The notes under the pieces: generated by a model
What the model saw: only the letters and a program-made list of their open reading frames with translations
What the model was told of the DNA's origin: nothing
Databases searched by the model: none
In this document: positions 21,601 through 30,829 of the stretch, piece after piece
How positions within the stretch are numbered: position 1 is the first letter of the stretch
How the letters are laid out: each line of letters begins with the position of its first letter
NCBI GenBank assembly: GCA_964022585.1
Contig: CAXIBS010000002.1
Span: 5,102 to 69,101 of the forward strand
DNA: 64,000 nt
DNA from: an uncultured Colwellia sp.
Lineage (GTDB): Bacteria > Pseudomonadota > Gammaproteobacteria > Enterobacterales > Alteromonadaceae
Reading direction: 5' to 3'
Made by a program: the position numbers and the translations under genes

Positions 21601-21848
21601 TGATCAATCTTAAGAAGAGATAATTCATAGGAATTACCAAACTTTTGGGGAATAGTGAGATTGAAAACTGATATATCTTCTACGGCAATAAGTTGCCATT
21701 CAACTGGAGGGGTTAGTTGACAAAAGTCCCCCTGTGTTTGACAGTCCCAAAGTAACCAAGCAGCTTCATTTCCCCATACGAAGCATCTTGTTTCGATGTT
21801 ATAGCACCATACAGGTTGTTGTTTATGCGAAATAATCATTTTCCTCAA
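18666..21848 (-). CDS. PAS-repeat GGDEF-EAL diguanylate cyclase/phosphodiesterase
   Basis: Three similar PAS-PAC units (CNKRFEE/CNRRFEE), HDPLTGLPNR, GGDEF, VEALLRW, DDFGTGYSS. Confidence 0.93.
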   Translation of the reverse strand: MRKMIISHKQQPVWCYNIETRCFVWGNEAAWLLWDCQTQGDFCQLTPPVEWQLIAVEDISVFNLTIPQKFGNSYELSLLKIDQQNYIFQAAPVQKKDSSGEKFARVVKASQRISSLYNDSGELIERSSPADDLFLTSDNKFIHHFVSRIEAQEVWDELRGTKSFSGDMEVNTRNGERWHRISIEKIIWNDGSINFHVFEHDVHNYLENEQQLLTSLKEQDAVLDNASIGIGFIRDRRMLRCNKRFEEIFNYSNDELINNNSLMLYPDKEKYRKLGDEAYLVLNKGERYRTEMQMKRRNGELFWASLTGKLIDPANPDEGAIWIVEDIHEFKLAQDALHDSLAQQQLILDHAMVGIMFLKDRKVTQCNKRFEEMFGYTFGELEGGTSRQWYLSDEDWQNAGELCYEPLQTGRTFSAQMLLGKKDGTPVWCEVQSRAIDSADLSKGTIWITKDIHEEILAQEALNKLLDEQRVILDHAMVGIICMVDNKLTRCNRRFEEIFDYQRGEVDGASSRLWYMNDADWKSAGERCFPPLNRGESYSEEMFLRRKDGSQIWCDVRGSACDPNDINKGIIWIFMDITERKQAELSRKQLHQELELRVEQRTQELNSTIKLLHDEVEDRKVAEEKVKHLALHDPLTGLPNRNLLEDRLNEALHHADRTKEQVVLLFIDLDRFKNINDSLGHQHGDSLLKEVAKRLTDTVRETDTVARFGGDEFIIVLTHITCDYDIECIIHNLQTAFEKVISIGTNEVYLTLSTGISVYPEDGKDLATLMKNADAAMYHSKSHGRNQHQFFNRGIDQHINQRIELESELYQAIERNQLQVYYQPKVCLNNSDIRGVEALLRWIHPEKGFISPAEFIPVAEETGYINQLGNWVLKQAVAQAEQWRQQGIENLVVSVNLSAVQLGQSDIVMQIEQVIDEVKLPADLLELELTESAVMNNVEKTIDTLNKIHELGVQLSIDDFGTGYSSLSYLKRFPLDTLKIDQSFVRDITTDPDDATICKTIVAMAHSLNLKVIAEGVETEQQLVELKSYGCGQYQGFFFAKPLPVKEISSLLLAKAPKTE

Positions 21849-22128
21849 TGATAAACCCTAACTATCTAGGGTAGCTCTAGGTTATCCATTTAAATCATCA
21901 TTTTATAGCTTATTTATATCATATATGTCTCATTAATATTTGCATATATTCAAAGCAAGGTTCAATTAAGCATTACCAATTTTGATGATTCAAATACGGA
22001 ACTATTTAATAGTAGCAAGCAACTAAAAGAATCTATAATATTTATCATAGCTAACGTGAGTAAAAACGCTACTTTCCAGTTAACGTAACGTACTCATAGT
22101 AATGAGCTTTAACATAAAATATAAACTA

Positions 22129-22347
22129 TTAAGCTTTTAATAATGGCTTTAACATAGTTTCTAAACCATTTAGTTTTACTTCATACATTAAGGCTAATTG
22201 TTGCCCTAATTTCCCTTCAGGAAATCCCTTGCTGTGAAACCAAACCAAGTAAGGCTCAGGTAACTGTAATAACTTACGGCCAGCATACTTTCCAAAAGGC
22301 ATTGTTTGGTTAATTGCTTCGATTAATGCTTGTTGATTTTCTAACAC
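22129..22347 (-). CDS. Small conserved protein (DUF3820 family)
   Basis: MPFGKY...LPEPYLVWF...GFP.GKLG...KLNGL pattern. Confidence 0.8.
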   Translation of the reverse strand: MLENQQALIEAINQTMPFGKYAGRKLLQLPEPYLVWFHSKGFPEGKLGQQLALMYEVKLNGLETMLKPLLKA

Positions 22348-22486
22348 GTCATTCTCTTTATTATCATATTAGGATTTGTATAAGCTTCTTGTCATCAATT
22401 TACCATGAAGCTGACATAAAACTGTCATTTATTCGTCATACACTAGCTGGACTTACGTTATTTATCACTTTCAGCAAGGACAAACT

Positions 22487-23632
22487 ATGTCAATCATTAG
22501 AAAGCGTAGTGCAGAGCATACAAGTTATCTCCCGAGTAACGCGCGGGATAACCAATATATTTTAGCCGAATTCACTATAACTGATGAACTAATTCAACGC
22601 TTTTCAGCAGCAAAAAATAAAAACGGTAAATATTCACCTGAAAACTACTGTGGCTTCTATCAACGTTTAGCCAAGATACTATTCGATTTGTCCGATCTTT
22701 TTAAAGTCGAGAATTGTCTTTTTATTGCTAATGATAAATTAACCCGTGTGCGCTTTAATCAAGAAATGCATCAATGGCAGACTAACCAACAAATTTTATT
22801 TTATTATAATCCCCAAACTCACCAGTTAAAAAAATCTTTTTTTGATGCCAATAAACGCGCAAAAAAAATATCATTACTGTTTTTAACTAAAGGACAAAAT
22901 ATTAGGGATAATGCGGCCAAATATCATGAACGCATCACGCAATTGGTTACAGCCTTTGCTAAGGAAGTAGTTATTGACATCAATGATGTTCGCCTGCGAG
23001 ATCATCAACACATTACTTATGATTTATTTAATGAAAATAAACAAGATAGTAGCAAACATGATAATGTTGATACGACTAAACAAACACACAAACTTCGACC
23101 TATTATAGATCGTTATGCTAGCCAACAAGTAGCATTACCTGAATTTCACAGCGCGATGACATACGCCATTATTAACTTACCTATATCAAATAGGTTACTA
23201 AATATGGTTGATGTTGATCCAAGCTCAGCCGATCCATACAATCCACTTTACACTTATTTAACCGACACATTTACTCAATCAGCAAAGCGCTATAATTTAA
23301 ACAACGGCGCATTAATCGCTAATGGGTTAGTGCCGATAGTTCGTTACAGTATCCATGAAATTACTTCTCGTATGGGGGAGTTACAAATGCTTGGTTACAA
23401 TCCAGAACAAAACCCTTGTGGTATTGTAAGTAAATGGGATGCCAGTGAATTAGTTGATAATGTGCAGTTAGTTTTTGTTGCAACAAATAAAAACCAAACT
23501 GAACATGGGTTTGGTCAGTTTTTAAATCAAATAGAGCAAGCTATGAAATTAATGGCTACAGAATTAGAGATGGAGCCTCATAAAGAAGAAGTAATTATTA
23601 GGTTCCATCAACATGTTGCTTATAATTTTTAA
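22487..23632 (+). CDS. Conserved hypothetical protein (DUF3083-like)
   Basis: 381-aa ORF with RBS AAGGA; family assignment from recall only. Confidence 0.6.
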   Translation: MSIIRKRSAEHTSYLPSNARDNQYILAEFTITDELIQRFSAAKNKNGKYSPENYCGFYQRLAKILFDLSDLFKVENCLFIANDKLTRVRFNQEMHQWQTNQQILFYYNPQTHQLKKSFFDANKRAKKISLLFLTKGQNIRDNAAKYHERITQLVTAFAKEVVIDINDVRLRDHQHITYDLFNENKQDSSKHDNVDTTKQTHKLRPIIDRYASQQVALPEFHSAMTYAIINLPISNRLLNMVDVDPSSADPYNPLYTYLTDTFTQSAKRYNLNNGALIANGLVPIVRYSIHEITSRMGELQMLGYNPEQNPCGIVSKWDASELVDNVQLVFVATNKNQTEHGFGQFLNQIEQAMKLMATELEMEPHKEEVIIRFHQHVAYNF

Positions 23633-23672
23633 GCTCTACTTACCTGTTACGCTAAATTTTAAGGAAAGACTC

Positions 23673-24209
23673 TTACGTCGCTTGAGGTCTTTTCTGCAGT
23701 TTTCTTTGTAAAGTTCTTCTATGCATAGATAGCTGCCTAGCCGTTGCAGATATATTACCGTCATTAGCTTTTAAAACTTGTTGAATATGCTCCCATTGCA
23801 CCTGCTCAGCTGAAAGTGTTTCGCCATCTACATCAGAGCTAGTAGCTATTTCACCGGCTTTACTTTCATTTAATGCCGCTAATAATGTTTGTGTATCAAC
23901 AGGTTTAGTTAAATAGTCATCTGCGCCAAGCTTTATTGCATCTACCGCGGTAGCAATACTGGCAAAGCCTGTGAGTAAAATAATACGACTTTGTGGGCGT
24001 AATTGCCTGATAGGGGTAATAATATTTAACGTTGTCTCATGTGACAGTTTCATATCTAATAAAATATAATCAGGCTGATGGCGATGACAAGCCAATAACG
24101 CTTCTGAATTGGTTTCAACATGACAACAATCGAACCCGTGTTTAGTTAAACGCCTTTTTAGCGTATTAGCAAAAATAACATCATCTTCAACTATCAATAA
24201 ATTTTTCAT
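23673..24209 (-). CDS. regA: RegA/PrrA/ActR-family response regulator
   Basis: Receiver domain, LTGFASIATAV, and WEHIQQVL...NISATARQLSMHRRTLQRKL helix-turn-helix. Confidence 0.88.
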   Translation of the reverse strand: MKNLLIVEDDVIFANTLKRRLTKHGFDCCHVETNSEALLACHRHQPDYILLDMKLSHETTLNIITPIRQLRPQSRIILLTGFASIATAVDAIKLGADDYLTKPVDTQTLLAALNESKAGEIATSSDVDGETLSAEQVQWEHIQQVLKANDGNISATARQLSMHRRTLQRKLQKRPQAT

Positions 24210-24212
24210 TTT

Positions 24213-25463
24213 TTAATTGCTCACCGGTAAGCTTAACGTGACTAATGCGCCACCTCGATTATGATTGGTTAAGGTTAATTTTCCACCTAACCGTTCTAAA
24301 CTTGCATGACTTAAAAATACCGCCATGCCCAATCCTTGTTCGCTATTTACAGGGTTGATCCCCAATTGCTGGAGTTTTTCTAACGAAAAGCCAACACCAT
24401 AATCTCGAATAACAAACTGCCAGTTATCACCTTCAACTTGGCTAATTAATGCAATTTCGTTACAGCTATTTGCTTTAGTTGCTCGTATTGCGTTGTTAAT
24501 TAAATTTAAAATAGCAGGTAATAATGCCGCATCAGCCATTATTGCAGTATTGGGTGGTTGTTGCGCGTTTAAATCAACATTAATATCAGGGTAATTAACA
24601 TGTAAGTTTTCTAATAAATCCGCTAGTAGATCATCAACCTTACTAGAAACAATTGTTTGCTCTTTAATATCAAATACCATAGCACGAAAAGCAGTTAAGC
24701 TATCAGTACAACGGGTTAACTGACTCTGAATATCATGAATAATATCATTATCTGGGTAGTCTTCACTTAGCTCATCGGTAAGTAATTGCACCGTTGCAAT
24801 AGGCGTAGCAAGTTGGTGAGTAACTTGAGCAGAAGCTACCCCTAGTGACGTCACTTGCTCTTGTTTTAATAAATTTTCTCTATAAGCAGCAATAGCTAGT
24901 TCTCTTTGATTAATACTCCGCGCCATTTTTCCAACAACAATTGCCACCACTAAAGCAGAGAATAAAAAATTCATTCCCATACCAATAAAGTGTCCTTGCA
25001 TGTTTCCGTGCATAACACTCATGGGTAAGTGCCATAATAAAATGCTATAAGAAAGAATAGCTAAAAAAGCAACCAAAGCTAATAAGGTAGAGGTTAGTGT
25101 TACCGCAGCAATTGCGATAGGAATTAACAGTAATGATACAAAAGCATTTGTGGCTCCACCACTAAAAAATAGCAACAGTGATAAGAACAAAATATCAGCA
25201 CAAATCTGCATTAATAGTGCGCCTTGACTAATTTGCGCTTTATTACGATAAAAACCAAAGCTGATAAAGGTAAAGCCAAGTTCTAATAAAATAACGCTAA
25301 ATAATGGCATCCATGGCAGTTCATACTCTAAACCTAAATTTACAAAAAAGATTAAAAATAATTGAATAATAATTGCGGCACTGCGTAGTGCTAGCACTAA
25401 TTGAATTTGATTATTGACTTTCGCTTTTTTGCTTGAGCTATCTTTTTTAAAAAATGGTGACAT
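24213..25463 (-). CDS. regB: RegB/PrrB/ActS-family sensor histidine kinase
   Basis: Six TM segments, GGATNAF (GGxxNPF-like), H-box HQLATP, N/G boxes; start moved to ATG 25463 to avoid overlap with msrA. Confidence 0.8.
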   Translation of the reverse strand: MSPFFKKDSSSKKAKVNNQIQLVLALRSAAIIIQLFLIFFVNLGLEYELPWMPLFSVILLELGFTFISFGFYRNKAQISQGALLMQICADILFLSLLLFFSGGATNAFVSLLLIPIAIAAVTLTSTLLALVAFLAILSYSILLWHLPMSVMHGNMQGHFIGMGMNFLFSALVVAIVVGKMARSINQRELAIAAYRENLLKQEQVTSLGVASAQVTHQLATPIATVQLLTDELSEDYPDNDIIHDIQSQLTRCTDSLTAFRAMVFDIKEQTIVSSKVDDLLADLLENLHVNYPDINVDLNAQQPPNTAIMADAALLPAILNLINNAIRATKANSCNEIALISQVEGDNWQFVIRDYGVGFSLEKLQQLGINPVNSEQGLGMAVFLSHASLERLGGKLTLTNHNRGGALVTLSLPVSN

Positions 25464-25539
25464 AAATTCTTTATTCGATCGGTCTATGTAGTTTAAGTAC
25501 AATATTATACTAACGAATATCGCAAGAGAAACTATAAAA

Positions 25540-26094
25540 ATGACAAATGTTACTAACAAAAATGAGCTAAAAATCGCCACCGTTGCAGGTGGTTGCTTTT
25601 GGTGTATAGAAGGTGCCTTTTCTCAAGTAAAAGGAATTCATTCAGCCGTTTCTGGTTATATGGGAGGACACAGTGAAAACCCTACTTATGAAGCCGTTTG
25701 TAAAGGCGATACCGGATATGCCGAAGTTGTGCAATTAAGTTTTGATGACACAGAAATCACGTATCAAGAAATTATTGAAATTTTCTTTACCTTACACAAC
25801 CCTACCCAGTTAAATAGGCAAGGTAATGATGTGGGTACTCAATACCGCTCTGCTATTTTCTTTCATGATGAAATACAGCAACAAATTGCAGAAAAAAATA
25901 TTCAAGAATTAAATGACGGGCAAGTATTTGAACAAGACGTAGTCACACAAGTATGTCCTGCTGAGCACTTTTATTCAGGTGAAGAGTATCATCAAGATTA
26001 TTTTAATAACAACCCACAAAACCAATATTGTCAGGCAGTTGTATCACCTAAGCTAGCAAAATTCAAACAAACCTTTGTTAATAAATTAAAATAA
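25540..26094 (+). CDS. msrA: Peptide-methionine (S)-S-oxide reductase
   Basis: GGCFWC, GYMGG, QGNDVGTQYRS, EEYHQDY motifs. Confidence 0.96.
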   Translation: MTNVTNKNELKIATVAGGCFWCIEGAFSQVKGIHSAVSGYMGGHSENPTYEAVCKGDTGYAEVVQLSFDDTEITYQEIIEIFFTLHNPTQLNRQGNDVGTQYRSAIFFHDEIQQQIAEKNIQELNDGQVFEQDVVTQVCPAEHFYSGEEYHQDYFNNNPQNQYCQAVVSPKLAKFKQTFVNKLK

Positions 26095-26147
26095 TTAGCC
26101 TACTTCCTTATAAATAGTAGAAATATCTTTTCTTATTTATAGCCCAT

Positions 26148-26187
26148 TGTTACCCAATAAGCAGAAGCTCTGCATATTGCGGTAACA
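26148..26187. repeat. Intergenic imperfect palindrome (REP-like or terminator)
   Basis: TGTTACC-CAATA-AGCAGA-loop-TCTGC-ATATTG-CGGTAACA. Confidence 0.5.
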
Positions 26188-26324
26188 TTGTTTCCTTATC
26201 TATTTTCCTAAGCAAACCTTCCAGTGTCCTTCTTGTATAACCAGATGCTCTAACTTAAATAATATAACTATTAGCTTATTTTAAGATCAACAGTTGACAA
26301 TTCAATCAATTTCCAAGACTATAT

Positions 26325-26340
26325 AGACATCTAAACGTCT
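26325..26340. promoter_or_regulatory. Tandem MetJ (Met) boxes
   Basis: AGACATCT-AAACGTCT, each 7/8 to AGACGTCT, just downstream of TTGACA at 26294-26299. Confidence 0.8.
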
Positions 26341-26366
26341 ATAAACAATTTAATAAGAGATATATT

Positions 26367-27344
26367 TTGAATAAGCAATCAGAGCTTCGAGCTAGGTATA
26401 ACGACATTAATCGTGGCGTCTACTTTATTGGCACAACGCCACCAAAAAATGACACGCCATTAAATGAGATTGAAACCATTGCTGAAAAATTATTAGAGCG
26501 TGTTAGCGATATCGATTTTGATGGACTTATTGTTTACGACATTCAAGATGAAAACTCTCGAACAAATAAGCCACGACCTTTCCCATTTAAGTTAACTCAC
26601 GACACCCGTCTCTATTCAACGTTACTTAATAAAAAATCTTCACGACCTGTTATTACTTATAAAAGTGTTGTGCAATCTAATAATACTGATTTTAATCAAT
26701 GGGCTAATGAAGCTTGGAATGAATATGGTATTAGAGATATTGTTCTGGTTGGTAGTCCATCTAAAAAGAATGATATATCACTACCCTTAGCTGATGCATA
26801 TAAAACACTTGTTGATAATGAAAATGATTTTTTTATTGGTGGCGTCACTATTGCTGAACGTCATGCGAGTAAAAAAAATGAGCACGACCGTTTAATAGAA
26901 AAGCACAAGCAAGGGTGTAACTTTTTTGTCTCACAGGCTATTTACAACCCACAAGCCACTATAGACATGCTTACTCGTTACGCTATTGAGTGTAAAAAAC
27001 AAGGCTTAAAGCCACAGCGCTTAATACTAACATTCTCTCCTTGTGGCAGTAAAAAAACATTAGAATTTATTGAGTGGTTAGGGGTAAATGTACCAGAAGC
27101 GACAAGCCTACGTATTTTGCATTCAGAAAGTCCGCTTTATGAGTCAATTCGTATTTGTACAAGCAGCTTACAGCAAATATTAGATGCTGTTATTCCTTAC
27201 GACTTACCACTAGGTTTGAATATAGAAAGTTTAACTAACCGTAAAGAAGAGATAGATGGCTCTATTTTACTTTATAAGTTATTACGCTCAACCATGGAAA
27301 ATTATTTAGCGAAAAAAGAGTTAAATTTATTAAATAAAAAATAG
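26367..27344 (+). CDS. Non-canonical methylenetetrahydrofolate reductase-like FAD-linked oxidoreductase
   Basis: GTTPP, VYDIQDE, GGVTIAERH, FFVSQAIY resemble MTHFR-like barrel motifs; upstream Met boxes; TTG start. Confidence 0.7.
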   Translation: MNKQSELRARYNDINRGVYFIGTTPPKNDTPLNEIETIAEKLLERVSDIDFDGLIVYDIQDENSRTNKPRPFPFKLTHDTRLYSTLLNKKSSRPVITYKSVVQSNNTDFNQWANEAWNEYGIRDIVLVGSPSKKNDISLPLADAYKTLVDNENDFFIGGVTIAERHASKKNEHDRLIEKHKQGCNFFVSQAIYNPQATIDMLTRYAIECKKQGLKPQRLILTFSPCGSKKTLEFIEWLGVNVPEATSLRILHSESPLYESIRICTSSLQQILDAVIPYDLPLGLNIESLTNRKEEIDGSILLYKLLRSTMENYLAKKELNLLNKK

Positions 27345-27357
27345 AATGGAGATATAG

Positions 27358-27444
27358 ACTCGTTCCATTTACAGACACTGTTTCTGCCGGAACGAGTTTC
27401 AAATACATTCAAACAATACAGCTCAGTTTTGTATGAATGTATTT
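27358..27444. repeat. Two adjacent hairpins between convergent genes
   Basis: ACTCGTTCC...GGAACGAGT and AAATACATTC...GAATGTATTT. Confidence 0.5.
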
Positions 27445-27470
27445 TATTCTAGGTAATAATACGCATTGGA

Positions 27471-28367
<897 letters not shown>

Positions 28368-28381
28368 TTACTTTTTTCCTG

Positions 28382-28903
28382 TTAAAGAGGTTCTCGTAAA
28401 ATTAATTTTTTGCCTGTTTGTTGAAAATCTAACTGCTTTAAAGCACTCATGCCTAGCAGTATTTCATCATTTTTCATCGCAGGATTTATATGTGCGGCGA
28501 CATTATATAGGAAAATATTGCCAATGCTAAGCTGATCTATTTTAGTTTTATAAACAGTAACTCTTCCATTAGCTGTTTGCACCGGATAACTACCATAACT
28601 TTCAAGCTGTAATTGGTCAGCAATATGTGCGGGAATAGACACTTGTGTAGCACCGGTATCAAGTAAAAAAGTGACAGGCGATTCATTTATACTGCCTTTA
28701 GTAACATAGTGCCCCTGCCTATTTTGTTTTAAAGCAACTTCAGCTTTACCTGAACTATTTAAGCTCATTTCTGGTTGGCTATTTGGGTTATATTGCTGAT
28801 TAAGCACATCTTCAAAAACAAACATCAATAAAGCAATAGCAATAATCCATGCAAACCAAACAAAAAGTTTACCAATTTTGTTTGTCGAGTCATCTTCAGT
28901 CAT
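28382..28903 (-). CDS. Clan AA (retropepsin-like) aspartic protease, TIGR02281 type
   Basis: FLLDTGAT, TANG, LLGMS motifs; N-terminal TM; start moved to ATG 28903. Confidence 0.88.
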   Translation of the reverse strand: MTEDDSTNKIGKLFVWFAWIIAIALLMFVFEDVLNQQYNPNSQPEMSLNSSGKAEVALKQNRQGHYVTKGSINESPVTFLLDTGATQVSIPAHIADQLQLESYGSYPVQTANGRVTVYKTKIDQLSIGNIFLYNVAAHINPAMKNDEILLGMSALKQLDFQQTGKKLILREPL

Positions 28904-28977
28904 AATAAGGTACAATTTTTTCAAAAAGTTATTGTATGTCGTCAAACGACAAGAGCAAAGGATGAAATGGTAATAAT

Positions 28978-29571
28978 TTGCAACCAAATAATGAACAAAC
29001 ACAACAATTAGTGATAGAGAATGGCTGGCTGCAAAAAACTGAGCACCAAGTCTCTAATTTTTTTAGTCCAAGAGAATCACAAGACGCAATTAGTTTATTG
29101 GTCGTACATAATATTTCTTTGCCTGCTGGATGTTTTGGTGGCAACCAAATAACAGAATTATTTCTTGGTACATTGAATATCGATGCACACCCAAGCTTTT
29201 GTGATCTTAAAGGCGTTGAAGTTTCTGCTCATTGTTTAATTAGGCGTGATGGGAAAATAATTCAATACGTGTCTTTTAATAATAAAGCTTGGCACGCCGG
29301 AGTATCATGTTTTAATGGTCGCGATAAATGTAATGATTTTTCTATCGGAATTGAACTTGAAGGGAGTGATAATATCCCCTATGAAGAGGCACAATATCAA
29401 CAATTAGTAAAATTAACGGCTAGCTTACAAAAAAATTACCCGTTAATTACCAATGAAAATATTGTAGGCCACTGTGATATAGCTCCAATGAGAAAAACAG
29501 ATCCAGGAAAAGCATTTATTTGGCCTTATTTTCATCAACAATTACAACAACTGAAAATTAGCAACCCATAA
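28978..29571 (+). CDS. ampD: 1,6-anhydro-N-acetylmuramyl-L-alanine amidase
   Basis: HNISLP, VSAH, AWHAG, SIGIELEG, GHCDIAP.RKTDPG motifs. Confidence 0.95.
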   Translation: MQPNNEQTQQLVIENGWLQKTEHQVSNFFSPRESQDAISLLVVHNISLPAGCFGGNQITELFLGTLNIDAHPSFCDLKGVEVSAHCLIRRDGKIIQYVSFNNKAWHAGVSCFNGRDKCNDFSIGIELEGSDNIPYEEAQYQQLVKLTASLQKNYPLITNENIVGHCDIAPMRKTDPGKAFIWPYFHQQLQQLKISNP

Positions 29572-29658
29572 GCAAATTTATATTAACAGTGAACACATCC
29601 ATTCTGCTTTATAATTGAAGACGCTTATTAACTATCGACATAAAGAACAAGGTTATAC

Positions 29659-30573
29659 ATGAGCTTATTAAGTTTACTAATTGCCCTAGCTGCAGAAAAA
29701 TCACTTTCTTCATCTTTTTGGCGTTTTGATTATTACTATCAAAAATATGCCAGCTTTTTCCAACGCTATATAGTGCAATTAAAGCGTAAAGATAACATCT
29801 TCGCCTATACGTTATTCCTGCTATTACCTGTTGCTTCAATTTATGCCATTTTGTCACTGGTTGATAACGCCTTTTTACATTTTATAATTTCTACATTGAT
29901 ACTTATTATTTGTTTTGGTTGTTTCACTACCAGAAGCAGCTATAAACAATATTTACATGCCGCTAGTCGCGGTGAAGAGACAACCTCAACATTTCATCAT
30001 CAGCAATTATTAGAAGATAAAAACTTGCACGAAATGTCATTTGGCCAAGCACTTATCTGGTTAAATTACCGTTATTACATTGCCATCATGCTATTTTTTA
30101 CCTTATTTGGCGCTACTGGTGTAATTTTTTATCGTTTACTTACCACTGTTATTGAACAACAAAATAATAACGTTTTAGCGCAAGATAATACTGAAAATCA
30201 GAATAATCAAAATGAAAGTAAAGGTGATGCAGAAGAGGAAAAAACCAATACTCCTCATATTTCAGCTGGTTGTAAGCACTACCACAGTTTTTTGTTTCTT
30301 TTAGACTGGCTACCTGTGCGTATAACTTCCTTTGGATATATGTTTGTAGGCCATTTTGTTAAAGCATTTCCTATTTGGTTAGAAAGTTTTTTTGATGGTA
30401 AAAAGCCAACCCACAAAGTATTAACAGACGTAGCTCAAAAATCTGAAGATAGTCTGATAGATACAGGTAACTGCACAGCAGAGCCTTGCTTATTAGTACG
30501 ATTGTCTAAACGTAACGTTTTATTATTACTTGCCGTCATAGCATCGTTAACTTTATTTGGCGTTATTCGCTAA
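29659..30573 (+). CDS. ampE: AmpE-family membrane protein
   Basis: Follows ampD; WLNYRYY, DWLPVR motifs. Confidence 0.85.
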   Translation: MSLLSLLIALAAEKSLSSSFWRFDYYYQKYASFFQRYIVQLKRKDNIFAYTLFLLLPVASIYAILSLVDNAFLHFIISTLILIICFGCFTTRSSYKQYLHAASRGEETTSTFHHQQLLEDKNLHEMSFGQALIWLNYRYYIAIMLFFTLFGATGVIFYRLLTTVIEQQNNNVLAQDNTENQNNQNESKGDAEEEKTNTPHISAGCKHYHSFLFLLDWLPVRITSFGYMFVGHFVKAFPIWLESFFDGKKPTHKVLTDVAQKSEDSLIDTGNCTAEPCLLVRLSKRNVLLLLAVIASLTLFGVIR

Positions 30574-30587
30574 TAAAAACACAGTTA

Positions 30588-30615
30588 AAACTGCTAGGTA
30601 ATTACCTAGCAGTTT
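30588..30615. terminator. Perfect 28-bp palindrome, terminator after ampE
   Basis: AAACTGCTAGGTAATTACCTAGCAGTTT. Confidence 0.7.
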
Positions 30616-30709
30616 CCTTCCTGAATAAGCTTTCTACTCTATTAATCATTCAAAAAATTATTACAAGTGTAATGATTTCATTACTATTAGATAAGTATAA
30701 TTTCAATGA

Positions 30710-30731
30710 GATGGTTGCAGATACAACTATC
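30710..30731. promoter_or_regulatory. Candidate MarR-type operator
   Basis: GATGGTTGCA-GA-TACAACTATC inverted repeat just downstream of TATAAT (30696-30701). Confidence 0.55.
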
Positions 30732-30829
30732 CAGTTGTAATCTTTATTTAAGTAATAGTTCTTGTTTACAAAAAACCATCAACAATAAAGTTAACAAGAA
30801 TTCACAGTAAAGATTTAGGAAGGTACATT

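Noticed and set aside
25464-25580. N-terminal extension of regB overlapping msrA
   Set aside because: Head-to-head overlap is unlikely; ATG 25463 gives a normal RegB length.
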